The notes below the pieces were generated by a model that did not search any database, was not told where the DNA came from, and saw only the letters and a program-made list of their open reading frames with translations. Positions 10,479 to 20,995 of a stretch of 64,000 nucleotides of DNA are shown here, one piece after another. Each line of letters opens with the position of its first letter. Position 1 is the stretch's first letter. Source of the stretch: an uncultured Nitrososphaerales archaeon (lineage in GTDB: Archaea; Thermoproteota; Nitrososphaeria; Nitrososphaerales; Nitrososphaeraceae); assembly GCA_963713605.1 (NCBI GenBank), contig CAVQMO010000010.1, positions 256,001 to 320,000 of the forward strand, in the 5' to 3' direction. A program made the translations under genes and the position numbers.

Positions 10479-11201
10479 TTATGCCCCACCATATTTGCTT
10501 TTATCATGAATAATATTGGTTTTCGGGGTAGTAACATTATGTAAAGAGGGTACCGTAGAATCGACACCTTCGTCTCGCTCTAATTTGGGGTTACTTGGAC
10601 TCTGTCCCTCATATGATCCAGCAATATCTGATCTGTTTCGGTGTCGAAGTTCCTCGCTGACCATACTTCTAATTTCATTTCCTGGGATGATCACTTCTTT
10701 TGTATTTTTATTCCTTTGTGATTTTGAGTTTCTTATTGTCTTTGAACTCTTGCTCATATCTTTGTTCCTTTGTGTGCGACCTAACTTGCGTACAACTTTT
10801 TTTGTTATGTCTCTGGCCATGAGAAACGGTACTCCAGAGCGACTGACGGTCTGCGTCATTCGATGCGAGTCGAATTTTTCTTGTCGACCACTAGATCTTT
10901 TGACATATATAGATCTTTCTTTCCTAGGATTTGTGCGCGTAGCTTTTCTTGTTGCTCTTCCAGTTTTATGAATTCTATCCGACTTGCTCGATGCGATATT
11001 TGAGTTACTAACCGCTTTACGAAATCGTGAGGTAACCACTCCAGGTTTCTTGACCGATCTTTGATTTTTTTTGTTAGGTCCAGAAGTAGTCACTTTTCTT
11101 CGTACAGGTGAAATTTTTGCCCTTTTCTTTGTTGTCCTCTTGATTTTATTTTGTGTGGTATTCGAACTTTTTTTTGTTCGGCTTGCTATTCTCCTAACCA
11201 T
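10479..11201 (-). CDS. ATP-cone-domain protein with very basic N-terminal tail
   Basis: VKRSSGRQEKFDSHRMTQTVSRSG...EIRSMVSEEL...IAGSY ATP-cone pattern; first ~95 aa K/R/S/T-rich. Confidence 0.75.
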   Translation of the reverse strand: MVRRIASRTKKSSNTTQNKIKRTTKKRAKISPVRRKVTTSGPNKKNQRSVKKPGVVTSRFRKAVSNSNIASSKSDRIHKTGRATRKATRTNPRKERSIYVKRSSGRQEKFDSHRMTQTVSRSGVPFLMARDITKKVVRKLGRTQRNKDMSKSSKTIRNSKSQRNKNTKEVIIPGNEIRSMVSEELRHRNRSDIAGSYEGQSPSNPKLERDEGVDSTVPSLHNVTTPKTNIIHDKSKYGGA

Positions 11202-11333
11202 TACTCCTTTAAGTTCTATTTTACTGATTCATATACTTATGGGCCTTAATCTGAGATATCTTTAGTTGATCAACAAAAAATTGATCATCATCATCACCTA
11301 GTAGGACTACCAAGACAAAGGAATTCCATTTAT

Positions 11334-13100
11334 CTATTCCACTTGAGTTATAGTCTGAATGCTGTATACAATACTCGTTTGAGAGTTAGCTTGAATAGGA
11401 ACAGAGAATTGTACTTTCGATGCATCCTTTCGCACGAAAGGAACAGTATTGTCTAGTATTGTCCAATCATCACGCAAATCACCTACATTGACTAAGACTG
11501 TTGCAGACTGATTGCTTCTATTCTTGAGTGTTACGTTGTATGTCTTTATGTTGATTTCGTCAGACGGATTAGATTCAGCTACAAGAGAAGTTTGTCCCAC
11601 AATATCAAACGCATTACCTACATTCAAAGTGATATTTTCATTGGTCGGTGTATGACTGATGCTATCTTCTCCAATAAAGATTAAATCCTCATTCTTTTCT
11701 TTTTGATCATCATATTGCTTGTATATTCTCATAATCCCACTGGGCAATGGAATTCCCAGTCCATTATTATCATTGTCTTTTGTGTTGTTGAATAATAAAC
11801 TAATAGAAATAGGAATGGTATCTTCGACACCAAGAATGTCTGCGGAGATATCGTACGTATAGGTCTTGTTTATTTCTATATTTTCCGGATCAAAGAGTTT
11901 GATCTGTTTGGTCTGTTTATCATTGATTTCATCTATTGTTCCATTAACAGAGTACAGATGATAGTCAAAGAATTGTCTTTCAGATACAGTGGATTGATCT
12001 TCCTCAACTCCTGATGGAGCTGGAAATGCCATTTCTGGACTTTCTTCATCGTACTTATTTTGTGATGGATATAATTCTGGTGACTCTAAATTAACGTCTC
12101 CTGCAACCAGTTTCAGTGTAAAATTCCCAAAATCAATTCCTGCCTGATTATCTAATGTTATCCATCCCTGGATGCTTAGATTGGTTTCATTCTTATCTAA
12201 TACCGCTATGTAATCTGCATTCCAATTTATACCTCTGGTTAAATATGATAACAGAGCTTCAACGTTATCATGACTCTCAGCTACTGGATTTAAGGAATTG
12301 ACTTGGTTATCATGATGTATCTTCCATACTAAACTAGGTCTGATTACAAATTCAGAAAGTATAGACGATGGTGAAGATATAAGTTTAATAGTTTCTGCGG
12401 GGAGTATCTTGATCTGTTTTTCCGTGGTATCAAGTATTATGATATTATTCTCTTCAAATGCCAAAAGCTTTCCCGTAATCGGAGGCAATAATGATGATGT
12501 ATTATGATCATCAAAAGAACTGTCAGAAAATGCTAAAGGTAAAGAAGAAGCATAGTTTTTATTATTATTGACAATATTACTATTGCTTTTGGTATCTAGA
12601 TTAGATTCTGTCGTTAAGATATTTCCAACATATACAGCAATCTCTTCACCTAATAGTTTCTCAAGTATTGCTTGTAAATTAAGAATATCATATTCAAAGC
12701 TTAGCTCTTCTACGGTGCAGCAATTCTTGTAGTCATCGGAGAAATTAAGATAGGCTGATGTTGGTTCAATTGATGTTGCTATATTTTCAAATCTTACTGA
12801 GTTTAGACCGACGGATAAATTATTGATTAACCTCTTCTCTTGGATGAATCCAAGATCATTGTTATAGGCTACTATTGTCATGGCAGAAGATTGATTTGAA
12901 ATTTTTGTTGTATTATAATTCGTAGAACTAAGTAGGTCATAAGTATTGGTATAATTACTTTCTTGAGCCATTAATAACGAAAATGATGGTAACAGAATTG
13001 ACATAGATAGGAAGAGTGCTGCTGAAGGTATGCTTGCCATTAAAATTCCCAACCGAGGGTCTATCTTTATCAAGTCAATCTGAAGTTTTGAAAATGACAT
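11334..13100 (-). CDS. DUF4139-domain secreted protein
   Basis: YNNDLGFIQEKR, LSYLTRGINWNADY, LKLVAGDVN, LGIPLPSGIMRIY, FIGEDSISHTP, GNAFDI. Confidence 0.9.
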   Translation of the reverse strand: MSFSKLQIDLIKIDPRLGILMASIPSAALFLSMSILLPSFSLLMAQESNYTNTYDLLSSTNYNTTKISNQSSAMTIVAYNNDLGFIQEKRLINNLSVGLNSVRFENIATSIEPTSAYLNFSDDYKNCCTVEELSFEYDILNLQAILEKLLGEEIAVYVGNILTTESNLDTKSNSNIVNNNKNYASSLPLAFSDSSFDDHNTSSLLPPITGKLLAFEENNIIILDTTEKQIKILPAETIKLISSPSSILSEFVIRPSLVWKIHHDNQVNSLNPVAESHDNVEALLSYLTRGINWNADYIAVLDKNETNLSIQGWITLDNQAGIDFGNFTLKLVAGDVNLESPELYPSQNKYDEESPEMAFPAPSGVEEDQSTVSERQFFDYHLYSVNGTIDEINDKQTKQIKLFDPENIEINKTYTYDISADILGVEDTIPISISLLFNNTKDNDNNGLGIPLPSGIMRIYKQYDDQKEKNEDLIFIGEDSISHTPTNENITLNVGNAFDIVGQTSLVAESNPSDEINIKTYNVTLKNRSNQSATVLVNVGDLRDDWTILDNTVPFVRKDASKVQFSVPIQANSQTSIVYSIQTITQVE

Positions 13101-13934
13101 GTCTGGAATGTCAAATAGGATAATCTATCTAATAGTTATGCTTTACTACCTCACAAGGTATCCGTCTATGCAATATTTTACTTGAATGTTGAGTCATCTT
13201 TTCTTATTACTGATCGCTGTCGTCAACTTGTCAAGGTAACTCCTGATTTCGATAATGTTGAAATCAGGGGAACCCATTTTTTTTATGAGTGCAGTAGTTG
13301 TAGTTGTAGTAGTAGTTGTAACAAGATCCAAGTTTTGACTTTACCGTCAATACCTCTATATTCTCACCTACAGCTTCATGATTTTTTGTACGATGTGTAT
13401 ATTGTTGCAACTCATTAATTGTATACTTACTAGATTTATTCCCTGGGGATAATCTACATACTGTGGTGCCGTATCCGCTTTATTCAAGTATAAGTCTATC
13501 ATAATTATTACTTATCAATTGAATAGTATAAGAATTTCCCCAGATCTGTGGATATCAAGAAATATAATACCACTTTTGGTTAAAATACTTCAGTATCATT
13601 ACACATTAATTAGAGATTATTATTGTGAATTCATATAAGACTGGCCTGTTATTAGCCAAAGGTAAGCCTTTACTGCTAAGCTCTGGTGTCTTGTTTATTT
13701 TCCATTCTTTCAGGTCTGTGCGAATTTTTCATGATTTTATTCGTAGATTATTGCTGTGTTTCATTGGGTCTGACTTTAAGTTGCCGGCCTTCTACCTCAA
13801 GGTATACTTTTCTTTTTGCTTCTGGCTTACCCGGTACTAGAGCCATAAGAGCACGGCCATGTAACGTTAGTATTATGCCGGAATCGATAGTCTTGAAAGT
13901 ATTCATATCTACCATCTGTTCAAAATTAAAGGAA

Positions 13935-14051
13935 ATGACTGTTAAAACGGAGTGCATTCGAGATCCCATCGATATAGAAAATGACGGCCTTAGGGTAATG
14001 TTTGCGAGGTACTGGCCGAAAGGGGTTCAGGTAATACGAAATCTGAAATAG
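13935..14051 (+). pseudogene. N-terminal remnant of DUF488/YeaO-family protein
   Basis: MTVKTECIRDPIDIENDGLRVMFARYWPKGV, then early stop. Confidence 0.6.
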
Positions 14052-14208
14052 CAATTAGGACAGGTGAAGAAGATTATAATTTCCATTCTGATAGAGACAT
14101 ATTTGAAATTTAAGAATATCGGTGAGGATATTAGAACGAAGTATTAGAGCACTCTTCTGTGAACGCATAATATTATTAGTCATTAGTTTCAATGTTAGCT
14201 GTAAACCT

Positions 14209-14484
14209 ATGGAGAAAACCATTCACGTTAATAGTTGTGATAGCCGTGTTCATGCTTATCAAAATGGTAAGACCATGGAACAATGTAAGGAAGAAGCCAG
14301 AGAAAATACTCGAGTACTAGCAAAAGAATTATTAGAATATGGTGAGGTTTCATGGACACGAGTATTAGATATGGCAGGCCAAGACGAACTGGTTTATAAA
14401 CTAACCTTGAAATATCTCCGACAACAAGGATATGATATCGGAAATAATAAAATTCCAAGAGTTAAACCCAACACAGGCCTGTAA
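14209..14484 (+). CDS. Hypothetical protein
   Basis: MEKTIHVNSCDSRVHAYQNGKTMEQCKEEA...VYKLTLKYLRQQGYDIGN; protein-like composition. Confidence 0.75.
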   Translation: MEKTIHVNSCDSRVHAYQNGKTMEQCKEEARENTRVLAKELLEYGEVSWTRVLDMAGQDELVYKLTLKYLRQQGYDIGNNKIPRVKPNTGL

Positions 14485-14634
14485 ATAGTAAAGCTACGCT
14501 ATTCCAATTTCTAGCGGTTAGATATTCATTATCAATTGGATTTGAAAAATCTCTACAATAATAACAACCCCCACAACTCATAGTTCACAACTCTGGTAAA
14601 AATAACATTCAGTGCTTAATTTGATTTGTTACGT

Positions 14635-14765
14635 CTAGACACCGAGATCCCATTCTGCATTATACTTACGGCCGCACTTGTGTAGCAGTACCAGTATGTT
14701 TTATCATCTTCCATATGCCAGATACGCTCCATCTTCTTGTTACCACACCTATGGCATTCAGGCAT
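14635..14765 (-). pseudogene. 42-aa CxxC/CxxC Zn-ribbon microprotein with a 2-nt insertion
   Basis: MPECHRCGNKKMERIWHMEDDKTYWYC[+ta]HKCGRKYNAEWDLGV*; span 131 = 129+2. Confidence 0.6.
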
Positions 14766-14885
14766 ATCTAACTACTAGTCACCCACTAACCCGCTTATAA
14801 TGTCTATATAATTGGACAAAACCAATTGGTTACTGTGAAGGAAGTCAAGTATTTTTTGAGTTTACAACACACGAATTCATTTTGG

Positions 14886-15353
14886 TTATTGCATTTTAGC
14901 GAAATCCCACGTAGAAAAGAATTTGGGATCAATTTCAATTATGACATGATTTCCTTTTTTTGCACTCTCCAATATCATTCTAGGAATTGGATGATCGAGT
15001 GTTCCAAGATATTTCATATTTATTTTCTTTACCTCTGGAACAGTTCTAACTGGATCATCTACTACGGTCGCAATACCTTTACCTTTCACTCCTTTATACA
15101 TAAAGTTCTCGTCATCTATTGAAAAATAAACATTAGGTTTGTTTCGTAAATTTCTAATTTTTTTAGCTGCTTTGGGTGTAATTATCAAAAATTTTTCTCT
15201 ATCCTTATCGTAGTTGAACCATACTGGTTGAATATTAGGATCACCATCGTCATCAATAGTACCGATTTGTAAATTTAGCTTATTTTCGAGGAATGTATCG
15301 ACTTCTTCTTTGCTCATGGAGGGAGTACCAGCAACTGCACTAATTACCTTCAT
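14886..15353 (-). CDS. Pyridoxamine-5'-phosphate-oxidase-like (PPOX, F420/FMN-binding) protein
   Basis: LQIGTIDDDGDPNIQPVWF...KKIRNLRNKPNVYFSID...STWDF. Confidence 0.9.
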   Translation of the reverse strand: MKVISAVAGTPSMSKEEVDTFLENKLNLQIGTIDDDGDPNIQPVWFNYDKDREKFLIITPKAAKKIRNLRNKPNVYFSIDDENFMYKGVKGKGIATVVDDPVRTVPEVKKINMKYLGTLDHPIPRMILESAKKGNHVIIEIDPKFFSTWDFAKMQ

Positions 15354-15552
15354 ACCACTGATTCGGAAAACATGCAGAAAAGAGTTACTCCTCGCCAGGA
15401 GTTCTTCAATGTACTTAAACAGCTTATTTGAATATTTCAGAGTTTGATTATAAATGGATCATTTCTTACATGGCTCCAAATCAAGACTATATTCTCTCCC
15501 GCTGCTTCTTGTACTTTACTGACTATATCGCAAGCTGGCCAGTCATTGATTC

Positions 15553-15804
15553 ATGCAAAAACACAAACTAGTCAAGCAAGAAATTGAAAGTATTGTATCA
15601 AACCCTAGACGTCCGTTAAGATTGTCACTTGCGTCTTTATTCGAATCTGAAAGAAAGGAGCCTGGAAAACTCCGGGCCTTATATTACAATACATCCCCTA
15701 TTTTATTAGTAAAACAGTTATTATCGGCATCATCCGTCATTCAAAATGAACAATATTTACTTTTTGCCGTATTTCTTAATCGATCGAAATCCTATATATG
15801 TTAG
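15553..15804 (+). pseudogene. C-terminal fragment of a multicopy Nitrososphaeraceae coiled-coil protein
   Basis: VKQEIESIVSNPRRPLRLSLASLFESERKEPGKLRALYYN; family recognised from memory only. Confidence 0.45.
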
Positions 15805-15852
15805 GCTTAACTTTACTGATCTCCTGGAATAGATAGCTCCCGATATAATCTT

Positions 15853-16311
15853 TCACAAACCGTAATGAGACGCTATCCTTCGATCCATCAATTCTTTTTC
15901 TGCGACATACTTTTTGTATTGTTTATTCCATGAGCCTATTCTCATATACTGCCGTATGCCAGCAAATAGCCATATCGATGATATAGTGATGACAGTCCCA
16001 AGTAAAAATCCTAATACAATTCCAAACTCATTCCCACTGTTTAGGGCTGCAGAGAAAGATGGATGTCGTATAAGATAAATACTGAGACCTATTGCAATGG
16101 GAGCAAGTAATAATGCAGAAATCGAAACTCCTACCAGAGTTCGTCGGATCTGGAATATCTTTTCGACAAAACTATCCATCAATGCCAAAGTGTTATTTCT
16201 AGCAGCAACAGACTCAGGTTCTTTGTTTATTTCATTGGAGCCCTTAATTCTACCCTTTTCTTCATCCTTCGTTATTCTCATTCCAGCGATCATTATATAA
16301 TCTATATACAT
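15853..16311 (-). CDS. Hypothetical two-TM membrane protein
   Basis: Two long hydrophobic segments, charged termini. Confidence 0.75.
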   Translation of the reverse strand: MYIDYIMIAGMRITKDEEKGRIKGSNEINKEPESVAARNNTLALMDSFVEKIFQIRRTLVGVSISALLLAPIAIGLSIYLIRHPSFSAALNSGNEFGIVLGFLLGTVITISSIWLFAGIRQYMRIGSWNKQYKKYVAEKELMDRRIASHYGL

Positions 16312-16796
16312 ACTAGTCTATTTATATAATGATGAACATAGTTACCGGTTCTTTAGATAGTCAACTTAAACGGTTATTAGATGATTTTTGTTCTTCCTGC
16401 ATCCAAAGTACAGTTTGTCAATATAGCAGTCAGATATCAACGTAGCCAATTATTTGGATCTGTCAGAGTCGGCTTCAATGAACCTGAGACTGAACTAGTT
16501 ATGTAGTAGGTATGAAACTCGTAAATACAATCCAATCTATATGACACCCAACAGTTCTGGTTTCGCAAGCATTGCTCTCATAGTCTTGAACGTTCTAAGA
16601 TGGGAAATTATGGTAGGATATTAGGTGCCAGTATGCATGCTGCAATGCTATTGATGCTATCGACTCGAACCATTTTAAGAATATCTGCTCCATACTATTC
16701 TATCAGATGAATAGTCTTTTAAAATGTCAGCGTAGCCTATACTATCCTGAATAGCATCTGAAGAGTGTCTTTTTCCGGTTGACTCTATCAACAAGG

Positions 16797-16960
16797 AAAG
16801 ATTTTGATATCTCTCGTTATGAGGATGAGTATACGGAAGAACTAGAAGCTAATTAATGCAAAAGCTAAAGGCAAAACCAATTTAATAAAGCAGACAACAA
16901 AAGTACCGAAGCAGACACAAGATTTGGTAGCTGCTTTGGAGGCGAGTTTAGCAAACCCTC
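16797..16960 (+). pseudogene. ku: C-terminal remnant of prokaryotic Ku (NHEJ end-binding) protein
   Basis: KDFDISRYEDEYTEELE / LINAKAKGK...TQDLVAALEASL across one frameshift, matching the Ku tail FDxxxYxDxYxxxLxxLIxxK...DLMxALxxSL. Confidence 0.75.
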
Positions 16961-17124
16961 ATCGGCCAAGTACTCATGAGTATTACTTCATTCTGAAAAA
17001 GAAGATAAGCCATAACTGTGTATGAATGAAAAGAATACCGTGAGTAAAACCACAAAGAAGTTGACTCGAACATTTAATTAGCTTTAAAAGAAAAAGGTTC
17101 CAAGGCGCCACTACTCATAGGTAT

Positions 17125-18207
17125 TTATTCCACTAACTTGTAAGCTACAAGTTTGTTTTCCTGCATAAGAGGTATTACAATCGCACTTTGGCTTGGTATA
17201 AATCCTAGGTCGGCAGCCCCTTGTGTGTGTAAATTTATCAAAGTTATATACTCTGCTCCGTCCGAGTTAACACTATAGATCTTTCCTGCGGGGTTGTCAG
17301 TTATAAAATAACGTGTTTCCGTAGCGTCAGATTCTATTCCATCAAGGCCCCCAAAAGGAGAGGTCATTCCTTCCTTTCCTAAACTGCTTATCGTCTTATT
17401 TTCTAAATCGACAACTTCTATGCCGGCACCAGGTTTACTCATATCTCCCAAAGAAGCAACAACTAATCTATTTTTAGCATTATCAAAATGCAACCCATTA
17501 GGACCATTTAATTGTGGGCTTTGTAACCAAGCTTGTAGAGACGTATTATTACTATCCTTAGCGTTCGCATCTAGCTTGTAGATAGTATTAGTAACTGTAT
17601 CAGATACATAGATATTCCCTTGATCATCTAATGCAACATCATTAAGAAAAGCGCTTGCTGGTGCGTTGAAACGCTTGATTATATTTCCACTTCCAATATC
17701 TATCTCGACTAGATCTGTGATATCTGAAACGTACAATCTGCTACTACTATTATTATTATAAATAGCCATACCTTTTGGTGCATTTAGTCCTGTTATCCAA
17801 TTTAATTCAACGATGCTCCCATTCGAAGGTGAAACCTTAGAAATGAATCCGTTCTGATCTATCTGATCTGGTTTTCCATCTATGTTAGAAACGAACAATA
17901 CATCTTGTTTGGGCGCATAGACCACTGATTCTGGGTTCTTCAAGTCATCTGGCGATTCCCATAATATGCTGATCTCTGTCTGCCCTACTCCTTGTTGTTG
18001 TTGCTGCTGCTCTTGTACTTGTGCTTGTGCTTGATTATCGTTATTAACGCTGACCCCACTGAAAAATACTATTCCTAATGTTGCTACTAGAAGCAAAGAG
18101 GTCAAAAATAACGAATTCTGCCGATGTCTTCTAATATTTGCGATCAATGTCCAATTACTATGAAGAATGAGTAATAAACCTAACACTTTCATTTTTCTTA
18201 TTGTCAC
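17125..18207 (-). CDS. Secreted SMP-30/gluconolactonase-like beta-propeller protein
   Basis: TM signal, poly-Q linker, LKNPESV, LFVSNIDG, GLNAPKGMA, FLNDVA, GPNGL, LDGI, GAADL. Confidence 0.88.
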   Translation of the reverse strand: MTIRKMKVLGLLLILHSNWTLIANIRRHRQNSLFLTSLLLVATLGIVFFSGVSVNNDNQAQAQVQEQQQQQQGVGQTEISILWESPDDLKNPESVVYAPKQDVLFVSNIDGKPDQIDQNGFISKVSPSNGSIVELNWITGLNAPKGMAIYNNNSSSRLYVSDITDLVEIDIGSGNIIKRFNAPASAFLNDVALDDQGNIYVSDTVTNTIYKLDANAKDSNNTSLQAWLQSPQLNGPNGLHFDNAKNRLVVASLGDMSKPGAGIEVVDLENKTISSLGKEGMTSPFGGLDGIESDATETRYFITDNPAGKIYSVNSDGAEYITLINLHTQGAADLGFIPSQSAIVIPLMQENKLVAYKLVE

Positions 18208-18629
18208 TCACCTAGTCTAGATACGGTGTTAATTGACATTTCTGACCATGAACAATCGATGCAAGTCTTCCTTGTTATTACTTATATCTTCAGCTATTAA
18301 AAAATGGAAAACGATCTGCAGCGATGAATATAAAGAAAATAAAAGAAGATGTCATGGTGGCTGAACCCCTTTACCAGCAATGTTCAAATCCCATTGGCTC
18401 CCATGTGATATTGGTTCTTTTATTGGACTCACCCGAAAAAGAAGTGAAACCAGATCCTAGCTTACCTCTGCTTGTTGAATGTGTATGAAAGTACAACCAC
18501 GGAAGCTTATTGATCTAACACAATAAATACACAATTGAATCACAATTGAATGACTTCTCTCTTAGCTTTTTCTAATTTGTAGGGCACCACAGCTTGGCTC
18601 ACAGAAACATAAGCTCAGGCCTGAGGATT

Positions 18630-19085
18630 TCATTGAGGAGAGAGATTGGGAGGCATATAGTTTGATATGGAGGAACCTTGATGGTGAATTAGAAGCCATC
18701 GATTTCCGTATCTTTCAAATATGTTAGTTGCTATAACACCAATTTTATCTTGCTGCCCGTTAATTGGAGAATCGATATTTTCCTGACACACAACTACTCC
18801 TATATCACCATTATCAAATATCCTTACCTTCGTATTCGTAATATTGAATTTGAGCATCTCAGTATTTTGAAAAATTGTAACCCAACTTTCCCGTATCGCT
18901 AACCATCCAATTAATAAATCCCATCCAGGATGTACGCAAATGACATTTTCGTCATGTTTCCACACGTTATCCATCATGTCTATTGATAATCTCTCAAAAG
19001 CATGGTAGAATTCGGCATTACTCTTTAATATCTCTGTCAAACTAATTTCATTCCCCGTAGTCTGTTCGTAGGTGCCATAAAGCAA
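18630..19085 (-). CDS. SnoaL/NTF2-like protein
   Basis: NAEFYHAFE...VICVHPGW...IRESW...IATNIFE...WLLIHHQGS. Confidence 0.88.
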   Translation of the reverse strand: MLYGTYEQTTGNEISLTEILKSNAEFYHAFERLSIDMMDNVWKHDENVICVHPGWDLLIGWLAIRESWVTIFQNTEMLKFNITNTKVRIFDNGDIGVVVCQENIDSPINGQQDKIGVIATNIFERYGNRWLLIHHQGSSISNYMPPNLSPQ

Positions 19086-19222
19086 ATGATGTAAAGGCTA
19101 GTATAGAATGAGATTGGTACTCAGTGGGATATATCTGCGCCGTTGCTAGTCTTAACATCCAAGAATGAAAATAAAAAAAGAGGTGAAGTCAGTTCCAGTA
19201 TTTCAGAAAATTCTAGTTGGTG

Positions 19223-19480
19223 CTACTTGACGGCGTTATCGTCGCCAATTGATGGGAATGCTTGAGCAGATCCTATTGATACTACGTTCTCCTCGCCTTG
19301 AATCTGAGAATCAATATTTTGACATCCAACGTTTAATGGTAGTTCACCATTTCCACAGCTGTTGGCTTGTGAGATAGCCTGATTCTTTTCATAGGCAAGA
19401 GCGGTATCTGCTGTTATTGCTGTTGTTCCCACTAATGTTGCCGCTATTACCGCTACTATTGCGATATATTTGAAGTTCAT
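19223..19480 (-). CDS. Small secreted Gln/Asn-rich two-Cys protein
   Basis: Signal peptide MNFKYIAIVAVIAATLVG...ALA, then YEKNQAISQANSCGNGELPLNVGCQNIDSQIQGEEN. Confidence 0.88.
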   Translation of the reverse strand: MNFKYIAIVAVIAATLVGTTAITADTALAYEKNQAISQANSCGNGELPLNVGCQNIDSQIQGEENVVSIGSAQAFPSIGDDNAVK

Positions 19481-20137
19481 TTTTCTGTCAGTCTGTGTGC
19501 GTGTTATGCTTATGTAGATTAAGCAAAATCAGACGGTTACATAAATCTGATATTTATTCTATTAGAACAAAGTCAAGACAAGGCGGAGTTGAGATAATAC
19601 AAACAAAGGTATGACGACCATGTCGTGCAGGTTGGTGTTCGTATCTCAGTCACACCCTTGATTGTAGCTAGAATAATGCAATATTGTATAAAACAGATTC
19701 ACATTAGTACGCAGGCAGACAAGATAAACAACCAAGTTGCCAAATCCTTTCTTTTTTATTTATTATTTTATACTTTATGTACTAGCTACTGTGGAAATCT
19801 CATCAGGACTCGGTAGGAACAAGGTCTGCAGCAGGAAACCCATTAAGATCCTTAATAATGTGTTTAGACAATTAGATTTCCAACTACCTGAAGGTATACC
19901 AAGCAATGGCAGGATAGTATCTCCTGGCGCAGGAACCGGCCGCGCTGCCTTTTGGTAACGCTTGATCATTATCTCCAGCATTACGTCAGTATATGATTTG
20001 GCATTACTAACTTAAATCAAGTCATCGGTATAAGCCAGCTCAGTAATGCTTGTAAAAATGAGATAGAATTACATTTGATCGTCATTTTTTGAAATTTTCA
20101 TGAGTATTCTTCAAATAATACACTTAGTAGTATACAG

Positions 20138-20344
20138 GTGATTAAATTCCTAAAGTCAAATTCAAATCATAAAGTCAATATTGCTACAGAGCTGGAATCA
20201 TGTTACCACCAGTGCACCAAATGTGCAATCATATTCCACTGTAATGGACCAAAGCCCAATGATATTAGTATCAGTGGATGCACAAGGCCTTTCTTCTACG
20301 GCAAATGCAATATTTGTAATGATGGTCTTTGGCCCAAGGCCTAA
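20138..20344 (+). CDS. Small Cys/His-rich putative metal-binding protein
   Basis: CYHQCTKC...HC...C...CNIC in 68 aa. Confidence 0.55.
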   Translation: MIKFLKSNSNHKVNIATELESCYHQCTKCAIIFHCNGPKPNDISISGCTRPFFYGKCNICNDGLWPKA

Positions 20345-20676
20345 TCTGGCTGGTCGCTACAAACATCCGCGCTTTATTGATGACTTAGTAACACTGAGAG
20401 GTTTTGAAACCTGCAATATGAACCGTCACAAATCAGCTAATCCTCCGGATTAACAAGGAGTGATTGAAGGTTATTGGTTGTTGTTGCACCTTCCTACCCT
20501 ATTTTGAGGAATGAACTGCTGCAGCGGTCATCTCTCTACTATATTTATCCTTACAATGCTTGTGGAGGATATCTAATTTGTCTATTCGCATAATAGTCCA
20601 TTAGTATGGGCATTTGTTGAAATTGTTTCAATTGCTATGAATTGATTTTTGACAATTTATAGCGGTTGTCTGAAGT

Positions 20677-20781
20677 CTATTTGTCGTCGTCTTCAACTCG
20701 AACTAAATGCGCGATTTCCTATATAGTCTTACATTCTTGATGGAGTTTGACCACTATCCGCTCTTTCTTTTTTAATATCAC
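20677..20781 (-). pseudogene. N-terminal HTH remnant of a multicopy Nitrososphaeraceae family
   Basis: VILKKKERIVVKLHQECKTI*EIAHLV resembles the recalled EKEQLVIKLHQEGKTIREIA start. Confidence 0.5.
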
Positions 20782-20995
20782 CTTCAATAGGTTTTATTGA
20801 TAATCATCACTAAAGAGCTTTTTCTATCTGCTATCAGTTGATGTTACAGACTGATACCAACCCAATTCATTCTCATGACTAAATATCATTTAAGCCTTAA
20901 TAACAATTCTCTTCAATTACAATATCAGTTTCCTTTCCTATATTCAGTAGAATTCCGATAAAGATAGACTACTATATACCAATACGGCTTCCCTT

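Noticed and set aside
13293..13320. (GTA/GTT)n microsatellite
   Set aside because: Short, imperfect, low-complexity tract with no functional clue.
19737..19981. GC-richer patch with overlapping short ORFs
   Set aside because: No frame gave a recognisable protein and I found no convincing RNA structure.
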